Assembly (NCBI GenBank): GCA_963782915.1
Contig: CAWALK010000012.1
Location: 256,001-320,000 of the forward strand
DNA from: an uncultured archaeon
Lineage (GTDB): Archaea; Thermoproteota; Bathyarchaeia; Bathyarchaeales; Bathycorpusculaceae
Direction of reading: 5' to 3'
Length of the DNA stretch: 64,000 nt
Part shown: piece after piece, positions 42,535-52,327 of the stretch
Position numbering within the stretch: position 1 is the first letter of the stretch
Layout of the letters: each line of letters begins with the position of its first letter
Translations under genes and position numbers: made by a program
The notes under the pieces: model-generated
What the model saw: only the letters and a program-made list of their open reading frames with translations
The model's database searches: none
Told to the model about the DNA's origin: nothing

Positions 42535-43059
42535 ATGGCTGAAACGCTAACGCTTGATGTAGGCTGTGGTAAATTTCCCAAAGGCGATGTGAATGCAGAT
42601 ATATCCAGAACAAAGGAAGTTAAAATCCCAAATTTTGTTATTGCTGACACACGTTATTTACCCTTCAAAGATCGCTGTTTTGTTACGGTTTTCTCCAGCC
42701 ATACGATTGAGCATGTGGAAAATCCTCATAAGATGCTTGATGAGTTATGGCGAGTTTCCATGTCGAAAGTTATTGTTAAGTGTCCATATAGATTTGGGAG
42801 TGGGGCAAAGAGACCGTCGCATATTAATTTTTTTGATAAAAAATGGTTTAAGCAAGAATTTGATAGACGAGGGGTTGGGCATTGTGAGCGTATTAGTGTG
42901 TTTGATTTTCCTTTGACAAATAGGCTCTCAAACGATTTTAACGATTATGCTATAAGAGTTGACAAGGGTTTTGGTTGGAGAATTGTTCGCCACATTGAAT
43001 TTGTCTTTAGTCATTTGTTTAATATTGGTTTTGAGGTTGAATGTGAAGTAACAAAGTAA
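42535..43059 (+). CDS. Class I SAM-dependent methyltransferase-domain protein in an AT-rich islet
   Basis: LDVGCG, LPFKD..F and SH.IEHV.NP motifs; T-rich codon usage unlike neighbouring genes. Confidence 0.8.
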   Translation: MAETLTLDVGCGKFPKGDVNADISRTKEVKIPNFVIADTRYLPFKDRCFVTVFSSHTIEHVENPHKMLDELWRVSMSKVIVKCPYRFGSGAKRPSHINFFDKKWFKQEFDRRGVGHCERISVFDFPLTNRLSNDFNDYAIRVDKGFGWRIVRHIEFVFSHLFNIGFEVECEVTK

Positions 43060-43265
43060 GCCCTTTGCATAGTCCTCGTTACCCTTATTAGGTAACTTCA
43101 GATTTTGTTTTTATCATAATGACTTTGACGGATCATTTCTGAGTGTTAATTAGAGTCGTGAAGCTTTTTTTAGTTTTTCCAATAATGTGTCAAGTGTAAC
43201 ATCAAATAAGGTAATTTTTAGCTCAGAGTCTCCATTTACAGGAAAAGGAAATTGTAAGAAAGGGT

Positions 43266-43322
43266 CTATTTCCAAAGAAAAGCATGCATGTCTAAGTGGA
43301 AGATGAAGCGTTTAGGGTGCAT
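43266..43322 (-). pseudogene. Remnant duplicate of a dinB 5' end
   Basis: Encodes MHPKRFIFHLDMHAFLWK* versus DinB MRIIFHLDMDHFY; 16/18-nt direct repeat with 42018-42035. Confidence 0.55.
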
Positions 43323-43420
43323 TTCGTTCAAGAAGCCTTGTGCTTGTTGGGGATTTGAACTTATCGAAGGAAAGGATGCTTTGTTGTTTAGTGTAACAGA
43401 AGACTGTAGGTTTCTTGTTT

Positions 43421-43548
43421 TTCTCAGAGTGTTGTTGCCGAAAACTCCCAATATACATCAACAATCAGCAGATTGTGCGGTAGATTGCTTTTTGGCTTCT
43501 GCATTGGGTTTGGGTTGCAGGTTGGTTGTGGAGACTTCTGCAAGCAGA
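43421..43548 (-). repeat. Dispersed intergenic repeat, body-only copy (C)
   Basis: Gap-free alignment to copies A and B over ~130 nt. Confidence 0.8.
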
Positions 43549-43599
43549 CCAGACTTTTCATGCATGATAAGGGAGAGGGTAACGCAAGAAACGTTCGAT

Positions 43600-44517
43600 C
43601 TACGGCTTACCTATGTATTGATCCATAGTTTGTGAATTTTCATCCTGAATTTTGGCAGGCTCAACAATCACATTCATTTCAATAATATCACTGTATTCTT
43701 TCATGGTTTTAGCTTCGATTTCTGCCGAAAGTTTCGCCGCTTCCTTCACAGTCATGTTACTATCAACGGTAATGTGCAAGTCGCCGATAATGTATGAGCC
43801 AACCTTACGCAAGCGTATATTGTGCACGCTCTTCACCTGTTCGAACGTATTAGCTATGGATTCTACCGCTGCGACGGTTTCTGGTGAATGGAAAGCGTCG
43901 AGCAGTACAAGCGAGGCTTCCTTGATTATGGTGTAGACCATGGTGAAGACGAATAGGGAAATGATTATACCCGCGATGGCGTCGGTTTGGGCTATGCCAA
44001 AATATGTGCCTAATGCAATGCCGACGAACGCGGTTATTGAGGTGAGTACGTCTTTGATGGAGTTGGTTGCGTCTGTTTTAAGCGCCATTGAATCGTATTT
44101 TTTGGCTGCTCTGCGCTTGTAAACCAATAAAACGGCAGATACAGAGGCGGCGGCAAGTGCTACAATCATGGCTACTTCGGGGTTCGCTACGGGTTTAGGG
44201 TTGGATAAATTCTGATATGACTCGAATAATACGACTATACCCAGTGATGCCATGAATACGGCTGCGATTATGCTGCTTAGGGTTTCAAAGCGGTAGTAGC
44301 CGAAATGGAAGCTTCGGTCAGGCGCTTTTCTTGAGATGCGCAATCCAATCCAGACGATGAGTGAGACGCCTGCATCAGCGAATGATTGGGTACCGTCAGC
44401 GATAAGGGCAATGCTTAACGTGAATATGCCCATAACTACTTCGACTAAACCCACCATTAATTGAACTAAAAACGATTTTTTTGCTACTTTTCCGCCTTGA
44501 ACAAGGTTCGATGCCAA
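43600..44517 (-). CDS. Cation diffusion facilitator (FieF/CDF) transporter
   Basis: S.ALIADG..S..D, FGY.RFE, S.AL..DA.....D motifs; C-terminal LHI.V domain. Confidence 0.9.
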   Translation of the reverse strand: MASNLVQGGKVAKKSFLVQLMVGLVEVVMGIFTLSIALIADGTQSFADAGVSLIVWIGLRISRKAPDRSFHFGYYRFETLSSIIAAVFMASLGIVVLFESYQNLSNPKPVANPEVAMIVALAAASVSAVLLVYKRRAAKKYDSMALKTDATNSIKDVLTSITAFVGIALGTYFGIAQTDAIAGIIISLFVFTMVYTIIKEASLVLLDAFHSPETVAAVESIANTFEQVKSVHNIRLRKVGSYIIGDLHITVDSNMTVKEAAKLSAEIEAKTMKEYSDIIEMNVIVEPAKIQDENSQTMDQYIGKP

Positions 44518-44592
44518 CTATTTTCAACTGTGAATCTCTTATGTGAACTACGCTAAAAAGATTGACCTACAATAAAGTGAGCAGTTATGTTG

Positions 44593-45757
44593 TTAAGTTA
44601 TTGTTTGGTTCCAATAGAAAACATGGCTGTAATTGCTTAGCAGGGGTGCCGTGACTTCCTGTTCGTCATAGAGAATGTCCAATTGGGCGCCATACTGATT
44701 TGTCAGTGCCTCTACGTCATGGTAGATTTTTGCCGATAAAGTATCATTGGCGAATAAGCCCCAGATGCGGTCGTCTGCAGTTCGGAAGCCAAACCCATAA
44801 TCCTTCGGCACTACATAGGCGACTTGGGGCTGGTTTAAGCCGAAACTATCGGGGTCAGCGTGAAGTGCATTCCAGAAGTTTTGGAGAGCCACAAAATGCT
44901 CCTCTTCAAGGATGCCGTATTGGTTGCCAGTTAAGTTGGGGTAGCTAAAAACGAAGGCGTATTTGGCGCCCGAACTGTAAGATAATGCTAAATCATTATA
45001 CAACTCTTGTCCGCTTTCAAGATAATGCGGTTCCTGATTGTATTTCCAGTTGATTATCACACCCCAATCTCTGTTGAACGCTGATGCGGCACCCCGATTC
45101 AAGGCGATGATGCGTTGCCTGCTTTCGTTTCCAACGAATTCAGCGAAGACTGCGGTATAATTTGCTTTGTAATCAAACCAGTTAAGCGCGTAGTCGGCAG
45201 TGAAAACTCTTGGCGTATAGGGATAGTAGTAGTTGGTCATTTGTGAGAGGTTACCGACGTAGCTTTGTGAGGCTTCACTGTAGCTTGTGGCGTTATGGAT
45301 TATTGCGGATAAGCCTTGGTCGAGTTGGTTTCCGCCTGGTTCATCGATTTTATAGATTCCTAAGAATTTTTCGCCATATTTTTGTTGTGCGTCAACCATC
45401 CAATTGGTGATATTGTAGTTGTCTGACCAATTGTACTGGTCTAAGCCAGTGAAGAGGACAATAAAGTTTAGGTCCGACTGGGTAATGTAGTCGCATGATT
45501 CGATCCAAAGCAGTTCGGTTAAACGAAATAGCAGGTGAACCTATGACGAAGAGGTTTGTGTAATCCTTGACTTTGTCAACTAACGCCTTGAGTGGGGCTG
45601 TGTCGTTTGCATAAGCGTATTCAACCCCCACGTAGAATGGTCTATGCTGAGTTGGGGGACTAAAATAGCCGTTGGCAAAGAATACGGATAGCGAAACTGC
45701 TGCTATGAGTAGAATGGTGGTTGCGATGGCAAGTTTTCGTTTCAACTTTTCAGCCAA
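44593..45757 (-). CDS. Membrane-anchored extracellular protein of unknown function (frameshift near 45500)
   Basis: N-terminal TM; FYVGVEY, DEPGG.QLD and DYAL.WFDY segments across two consecutive ORFs. Confidence 0.7.
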
Positions 45758-45834
45758 CCGTGAATACTATTGAATTCGCTGTGTATTTAACATTAAACCT
45801 TCTTCGCCATAAGCATCGGCATTTTTTGGGTTGA

Positions 45835-45880
45835 TTTGTTCTTTATATAAGGGGAGGGGAGGTAGCGCAGAGCAACAAAG
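45835..45880 (+). repeat. Repeat head module (short form)
   Basis: CTTTATATAAGGGGAGGGGAGGTAGCGCAGAGCAACA. Confidence 0.7.
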
Positions 45881-45967
45881 CCCATCTGCGACGCCTTATC
45901 GCTATACCTTTAAGGCTCAAACTAATATCTCACAAACGAATTTACTATCATAGGGAAGCAACCGAAC

Positions 45968-46520
45968 ATGGATGTTTTTGAAGCAGTCCAAGAACGAAAA
46001 TCAATCCGCGCCTACCAAGACAAACCCATTCCAAGAGAGAAACTTGAGCGGATACTTGAAGCAGGAAGATTAGCACCCTCAGCGATCAATAGGGAACCAT
46101 GGCATTTCATTGTGGTAACAAACAGTGAAAAACGCAAGGCACTCTCAAAAGGGCTCTATGCCAAATTCGTAGCTGGGGCACCGCTTGTGATTGTTGTTTG
46201 CGGCGACAAAAAAGCTTCACCAGAATGGTACGCCGTCGATGCTTCTTTGGCAGTGGAAAATATGGTTTTAACTGCTGTAAGCGAAGGTTTCGGTACATGC
46301 TGTGTGGGAAGCTTCAACGAAGCCGACGTCAAAGCCCTGCTAAAGATTCCTGAGAATTTTGAAGTTATAGTTATGATTCCAATCGGTTACCCACAGGGAA
46401 AAACTGGATTTATCCAGCAAACTCTTGCATTTGGTGAGGTCAAGAAAAGTAATCAGCGACGTTGCAAGCGAAGAAGAATTCGGCAAACCGTTTGTGCCAC
46501 AAAAAATCTTTGAATCCTAA
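45968..46520 (+). CDS. Nitroreductase family protein (C-terminal frameshift)
   Basis: R.SIR.Y, APSA.N..PW.F, GTC, IPIGYP; RSRK motif recovered in the shifted frame. Confidence 0.9.
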
Positions 46521-46621
46521 CTTTTCACCCCCACCTTTGGAAACCCAATCCACACTTAGTAACGGCTAAATACAACAAAGCCCAATTCCGTTGATATTCA
46601 GAAGCGTGGGAAGATCCTAAA

Positions 46622-47953
46622 ATGACTGATTTGCCCGATATAGTTGCACATTTAATTGAAGCATCCAAAAAACACGAGCAGTACCGCGACAAAGAATGCA
46701 TAAACATGATTGCCAGCGAAGGCATAAAATCCCCAGCTGTTTGCCAAATGCTCGACATGAGCCATGACCTTGCCACTCGTTATGCAGAAGGCGAAAACGA
46801 TGCGGTTGGCCATGTTAAGAAGCGGTATTATCAAGGGCAAAAATACATGTCCCAAATAGAGGACCTCGCCACAGACTCAATTAAAAGCTTATTTGGCGCC
46901 TCTTGGGCGGATGTCCGCTTAATCTCAGGCACCCACGCCAACACAGCCACCTTCAAAGGCTTATCCTTAGCATCAAAAAACAACAAAATGGTCGTCACAC
47001 CACTGAGCTGCGGCGCACACATAAGCCATGACTACACAGGCTTAGCAGGCAGCATCCTTGGCATCGACAACATAAACCACGTTTACAACATAGACGAATT
47101 CAACATAGACGCAGAAAAATCAGCCTATGTCATCCGCGCAGCTAAACCAGGCATCGTCACGTTTGGCGGCAGCCTATTCTTGTTCCCACATCCAATTAAA
47201 GAACTCAAAGAAGTCTGCAACGAAGTAGGCGCATACATAGCCTACGACGCAGCCCACGTTTTGGGTTTGATTGCAGGCGGCCAATTCCAGGATCCACTCC
47301 GCGAAGGCGCAGACTTCATCACCGCATCCACCCACAAAACGTTCCCAGGTCCACAGGGAGGAGTCATAATGGGCAACCCAGACACCCCCGCAAAAGAGAA
47401 AGCTGTGCGAAAAATCCAGCACTCAGTGTTCCCATTAACTGCATCCAGCACCCACCTCGGCAGACTACCCGCATTGGGCATTGCCTGCTTGGAAATGAAG
47501 GTGTTTGGCAAAGACTTAGCATTCCAAATCGTCAAAAACGCTCAAACCGCAGGTCAGTACCTCTGCGAAAACGGCGTTAAAGTGCTTGCTGAAAAGAAAG
47601 GCTTCACACGCAGCCACCAAATCGGACTCGACGTAAGAGGCTTCGGCGGCGGCAACCGTGTCGCACAAGAACTCGAAGACGCCAACATTATCCTCAACAA
47701 GAACCTGCTGCCATATGATGATCAAGCAAGCAAAGAAAACCCATCGGGCTTGCGCGTTGGTTTCCAAGATATTACAAGGCGCGGCATGAAAGAAGGTGAC
47801 ATAAAACACCTCTGCGACTTAATGATGGACATCATCAAGAGCAAACGCAAGCCATCTGAAGTTAAGGTAGATGTTTTAGCGCTTAAGAAGGAGTTCTGCG
47901 GCGTTAAGTATGGCTTCCAAAGTGTTGAAGAAGCTCTCAAATACGTAAAGTAG
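46622..47953 (+). CDS. glyA: Serine hydroxymethyltransferase (archaeal type)
   Basis: IASE, RYAEG, R.Y.G, GAHISH, YDAAH, STHKTFPGPQGG (PLP lysine). Confidence 0.95.
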   Translation: MTDLPDIVAHLIEASKKHEQYRDKECINMIASEGIKSPAVCQMLDMSHDLATRYAEGENDAVGHVKKRYYQGQKYMSQIEDLATDSIKSLFGASWADVRLISGTHANTATFKGLSLASKNNKMVVTPLSCGAHISHDYTGLAGSILGIDNINHVYNIDEFNIDAEKSAYVIRAAKPGIVTFGGSLFLFPHPIKELKEVCNEVGAYIAYDAAHVLGLIAGGQFQDPLREGADFITASTHKTFPGPQGGVIMGNPDTPAKEKAVRKIQHSVFPLTASSTHLGRLPALGIACLEMKVFGKDLAFQIVKNAQTAGQYLCENGVKVLAEKKGFTRSHQIGLDVRGFGGGNRVAQELEDANIILNKNLLPYDDQASKENPSGLRVGFQDITRRGMKEGDIKHLCDLMMDIIKSKRKPSEVKVDVLALKKEFCGVKYGFQSVEEALKYVK

Positions 47954-48172
47954 TCACGGCCCTTTTTTTGGGGGTCTTTCAAAGATTTATTTTATTTTTT
48001 AAGCGCAACAACGTTTGAGCAGTTAGATGCCGATATTATCAAATTTATTAAGTGAAATCATCAGACTTCAAAGAGAAAGAATAGACAGCTACCTCTTTGC
48101 TTTGGGCAACCGAATCTGCAGGTTTTTCCTAAAGATTAATTAGTTGACAGCATCAATTTAGCTCTGAAAACT

Positions 48173-48460
48173 ATGTCACTGGATTTCCTAACAGGGCTAT
48201 TCTTGGTCGTAGCAATAGGCTTCCTAATCCTCATGATTTTGCTGCCAAGGTATGGTCCACACTACACATCCAAGCTGACTTGCCCCAGTTGCCGCAAAAG
48301 CTTCAATTTCCACTGGATACCAGGGGCCACCATAGCCTCACTAATACGCCGCAACTACCGAGTCCTCAAATGCCCCTACTGCCACAATAAATCCACCTTT
48401 GACATTATGGCAACAAGAGTTGCATCAGCAAAAAAGCCCAAAGTTAAGCAGAAAGCGTAA
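48173..48460 (+). CDS. Membrane-anchored zinc-ribbon protein
   Basis: N-terminal TM helix; CPSC and CPYC motifs. Confidence 0.7.
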   Translation: MSLDFLTGLFLVVAIGFLILMILLPRYGPHYTSKLTCPSCRKSFNFHWIPGATIASLIRRNYRVLKCPYCHNKSTFDIMATRVASAKKPKVKQKA

Positions 48461-48541
48461 GTAGCAAGCGTTTAGGGCAGAGAACTTTATTATCAAGCTA
48501 AGCAATCACTTTTTCAATTAGAATTCAAGGTGAATCTTGGC

Positions 48542-49726
48542 ATGAAGGTATTACTTAATGATGGTTTAGAGAAAGAGGGCTTAGCGATTTTCCAGCAAGC
48601 TGGCATAGAAACAGACACTAAAAAACGTGATCCAGCACAGCTTGTAGCTGAAATAGGCCAATTTGACGCCCTAGTTGTTAGAAGCGCCACAAAAGTTACC
48701 CGCGAAATCATAGAAGCAGGCGCAAAGGGAAAACTCAAAATCATCGGACGCGCAGGCGTCGGATTCGACAATATCGACGCAGTTGCAGCCTCCGAAAACG
48801 GCATCGTCGTAAAGATTGCACCGTTCGGAAGCACAAACGCTGTTGCCGAATTAGCATTAGACTTAATGTTATCCATCTCACGTAATACACCCCAAGCACA
48901 CCATTCGCTGAAGAATGGGGTTTGGATAAAAAAGAAGCTTGAAGGCAGAGAACTCGCCTACAAAACGCTAGGCTTAATTGGGTGCGGCAGAATCGGCCAA
49001 AAAGTCGCTAACATTGCCAAACGCGGCTTTGAAATGGAAGTTATCGGCTATGACATTAAACCCTGCCCAGAAAGTGGAATCAAATTCTTAGCAACCAAAG
49101 AGGATGTGTTGGCTAAAGCGGATTACATCAGTGTCCACACAGGCGGCAAAGACGTCATCATCGGCGCAAAAGAACTCGCAATAATGAAGCCAACAGCCTA
49201 TATCATCAACACATCCAGAGGCAACAACATCGACCAACAAGCCCTCTACACCGCGTTAAAAGACGGCAAAATCGGCGGCTACGCAACAGACGTCTACAAA
49301 GAAGAACCCAAAGCAGAAAACGACCCCTTCACAGACAAACTAAAAGAACTCGACAACGTCGTATTAAGCAGCCACCTCGGCGCCTCTACAGTTGAAGCGC
49401 AAAGGGAAACCTCAACTGAAATGGCACGCGTCCTCACCAGTTACCTCTTAGGCGGAGACTTCACAAACGCAGTAAACGCAGGCGAATCCATTGAAGTCGA
49501 AGAAAAACAGGTCTTCACACTCTTCATCCATCACAAAGACGTCCCAGGCGTATTCGCAAATATCGACAAAGTCCTCGCAGATTGCAACATAAACATCCGC
49601 GCAAACTACAGCCGCCAAATCAACACAGGCTACGCAATCTCAGTCTACGTACTCCACCAAACCGCTACACCAGAAATCGTTGCTAAACTCAAAGCAGTCC
49701 CCAACGTCTGCAACGTTAAATTCTAA
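48542..49726 (+). CDS. serA: D-3-phosphoglycerate dehydrogenase with ACT domain
   Basis: VRSATKV, GRAGVG.DNID, G.GRIG, N.SRG, HLGAST.EAQ motifs; C-terminal ACT (H.DVPGV). Confidence 0.9.
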   Translation: MKVLLNDGLEKEGLAIFQQAGIETDTKKRDPAQLVAEIGQFDALVVRSATKVTREIIEAGAKGKLKIIGRAGVGFDNIDAVAASENGIVVKIAPFGSTNAVAELALDLMLSISRNTPQAHHSLKNGVWIKKKLEGRELAYKTLGLIGCGRIGQKVANIAKRGFEMEVIGYDIKPCPESGIKFLATKEDVLAKADYISVHTGGKDVIIGAKELAIMKPTAYIINTSRGNNIDQQALYTALKDGKIGGYATDVYKEEPKAENDPFTDKLKELDNVVLSSHLGASTVEAQRETSTEMARVLTSYLLGGDFTNAVNAGESIEVEEKQVFTLFIHHKDVPGVFANIDKVLADCNINIRANYSRQINTGYAISVYVLHQTATPEIVAKLKAVPNVCNVKF

Positions 49727-49749
49727 GGGATTTTTTCCCTTTCTATTTC

Positions 49750-50415
49750 TTAGGGTCTGTCGCGTAGCTTCTTTTGATTACCATACGGTTTAGCCATACT
49801 TTTCCAGCCCATATTAGCAAACATAGTTAACAGAAACTTAGGCATGACTGTTTTCGCAATCAACTCCGTGGCTTCTTTAGACACAGTTGAGCCCTCCAAG
49901 AGGTTCTGTGCGGTTAAGTCAAGGGCTCTTTTAACGTTTTTCATCATCGGTGCTTTCTCGAGTGGCAAGCCATTTATCATGGCTCCAGCGCCTAGCGTTA
50001 ATCCCCCAGCCCACTCATACCCCGCCTCTTTGGAAAATTGTTTGCAGATTGATATGGCGGTGGCGTTTTGTTTGCTATCTGGAAAACCGTTGTTAACGAT
50101 TGCTAAAATTCGTGTGAGTTTAGTTAATGCCGTTTTTTTGCGGTTTTCAGCTATTTTTTCTAAGGCTAAAATTAGGCCTGCAGGGGGCGAGTCTACGTAG
50201 AGGGGAAACGCTAAAATTAAAAGATCGCTGTCAGCGACTTGTGATAACATTTCTGCTTGTTTTTCTTGATTGTGTATTGCGGCTTGAGCATGTATTTTGC
50301 TGATTTCGTACCCGCCATTTTGCAGCTTGTCAAGCAGGTATGTACCTAAAGAGTTAGAAGTGCTGTTAAAACCGTGCGGGCTGCCTATGAATAGTAATGC
50401 TTTTTTTGAACTCAA
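49750..50415 (-). CDS. Flavodoxin-like / NAD(P)H-dependent FMN oxidoreductase
   Basis: GSP....TS, AFPLYVD..P and NNGFP motifs. Confidence 0.8.
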   Translation of the reverse strand: MSSKKALLFIGSPHGFNSTSNSLGTYLLDKLQNGGYEISKIHAQAAIHNQEKQAEMLSQVADSDLLILAFPLYVDSPPAGLILALEKIAENRKKTALTKLTRILAIVNNGFPDSKQNATAISICKQFSKEAGYEWAGGLTLGAGAMINGLPLEKAPMMKNVKRALDLTAQNLLEGSTVSKEATELIAKTVMPKFLLTMFANMGWKSMAKPYGNQKKLRDRP

Positions 50416-50984
50416 CTTTTTACCTCCAGATTGGTAAGTAAGCCGCTGATTTTGCTTGCTACGGTTGCGTGGTTGTCTGATTCGTATATTATTGTCGTAG
50501 CCTGTTTTGGTGCTTGCCAGTTAAGCGAATTCCGATAAAGGAGCGTTTTGAAGATGGTTTCGCTTTCTGGGTCAGGTTGAGGCAAGACGCCGATTGCTGC
50601 GATATTATGCTTTTTATCGTACCGTTGCGGATGATGAATTTCGCCTTTGTATTTTTCCATAAATGGCAATATTGTGGGGATTTGGCGGTCAAGTACCTTT
50701 TTGAGTTCATACGAGTAACCGCCGAAAACTATTGGTGTCACATAAATAAGTAAATCCGCATGGGGTAACTTGGATGCTATTTCTCTAGCTGGGTCATCTA
50801 TTACGCATTGACCGGGGGTTTTAACCCAGCAACCGAAGCAACCTAAGCAATCCGAGACTTTAAGGTCACGCAGCCTATAGGTTGAAACGTTGCCGACCTT
50901 TTGCAGAGCTAATAGTAGCGTTTCGTTTGATTCGTCAACTTTTCGGTCATTGGTTCTTGCTCCGTTTAGCACCACTACATCCAA
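50412..50984 (-). CDS. Iron-sulfur flavoprotein-like flavodoxin family protein
   Basis: CLGCFGCW.KTPG.C motif; TPI.FGGYS.LK..LDR. Confidence 0.82.
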   Translation of the reverse strand: MDVVVLNGARTNDRKVDESNETLLLALQKVGNVSTYRLRDLKVSDCLGCFGCWVKTPGQCVIDDPAREIASKLPHADLLIYVTPIVFGGYSYELKKVLDRQIPTILPFMEKYKGEIHHPQRYDKKHNIAAIGVLPQPDPESETIFKTLLYRNSLNWQAPKQATTIIYESDNHATVASKISGLLTNLEVKS

Positions 50985-51080
50985 GTGAATACACTCACCG
51001 AATTGGCTTTTTTAACGCAAGTTGTAGATAGATTTTTGCCCCATCGATATATAAGCTGGATTAGGGCTAAAAGGTAACCT

Positions 51081-51763
51081 ATGAAATTAGGCGTGTTGTT
51101 TTCAGGCGGCAAGGATTCCACTCTTGCCCTACATTTAGCGGCAGAAAAAGAGCAGGTAGCATGCCTAATCACGCTTGTTTCCCGCAACCCTGAAAGTTAC
51201 ATGTTTCACACGCCAAACATCGAAGTAACAGTTTTGCAGGCTGAGGCGTTGGGGTTGCCGATGGTTTCAGTGGAAACGGAGGGTAAAAAAGAGGAGGAAC
51301 TCGCCGATCTGGAACGCGCTATCGCCGAAGCTAAAAGCAAAATTTGGTATCGAAGGCGTCGTGACTGGAGCGGTGGAATCTGTGTATCAGGCGTCGCGGG
51401 TTCAACGCATCTGCAACAATTTAGACCTCTGGTGCTTTAACCCCCTTTGGAAGCATGACCAAAAAGCACTCCTCGAAACACTAATCACTAAACAGTTCCA
51501 AGTTATCATTTCAGGTGTCTTCGCTTATCCGTTGGATGAGAAATGGCTGGGCAAACCACTCGATATCCAAATGATAGCGAAGTTAGTTGAGCTTCAGGGC
51601 AGATACGGCATCAGCCCCTCAGGAGAAGGCGGCGAAATCGAAACAACAGTACTCGACGCACCGATGTTTAAACAAAAAATCATAATCACTGAGTTCAGCG
51701 GTTGAGTGGCGGGGTAGCTCTGGAGTTTACGTTATCAAAGATGCTCGTCTGGTGCCAAAATGA
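51081..51763 (+). CDS. dph6: Diphthine--ammonia ligase / PP-loop ATPase, Dph6 family (two frameshifts)
   Basis: LFSGGKDS, SYMFH, GAV.S.YQ..R, PLW, GEGGE.ET.V.DAP motifs. Confidence 0.85.
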
Positions 51764-52305
51764 TACTGGTCATAGACATGAATTACAAGCGGGATTCGCT
51801 GGGGTATAACGAATTCGTTTTGCCCATTGTTTCAGTCCTTGAACCGCTTGAGAAGTGTGTTGCGAAGCACTTCTTGGATGTTGACCCTTCGGACCTGGAT
51901 GGTTACAGTAGAATCATCCTGTCTGGAACCACGCTCAAGGACTTCGAGGCCCAAAGACACCTCGACACCTTGCAGTGGATAAAAAATTGCAACAAACCCA
52001 TCTTAGGAGTTTGCGCAGGCATGCAAATCACAAGCCTCATCTACGGTGTGCCCTTAACGCCATGCCTGCAGGTGGGAATGACGGAGATCACCACACAAAA
52101 AGCCAACCCGCTATTCGAAGGTACCTTCCAAGCCTACACTCTCCACAGCCTCTCAGTTAAGCCATCGGAAACCTTTGAGGTCTTGGCAAATTCAGCAAAA
52201 TGCATCCAAGCCGTTAAACATAAACAAAAACCAATCTATGGAGTCTTATTCCACCCCGAAGTGCGAAACCAAGGGATTTTAAAAAAATTCTTGCAGGTTC
52301 AATAA
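51760..52305 (+). CDS. Stand-alone class I glutamine amidotransferase
   Basis: ILSG, PILGVCAGMQ (nucleophile Cys) and FHPE (His-Glu) complete the triad. Confidence 0.88.
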   Translation: MILVIDMNYKRDSLGYNEFVLPIVSVLEPLEKCVAKHFLDVDPSDLDGYSRIILSGTTLKDFEAQRHLDTLQWIKNCNKPILGVCAGMQITSLIYGVPLTPCLQVGMTEITTQKANPLFEGTFQAYTLHSLSVKPSETFEVLANSAKCIQAVKHKQKPIYGVLFHPEVRNQGILKKFLQVQ

Positions 52306-52327
52306 AAAAGAGGGAAAAGTAGGGAAA

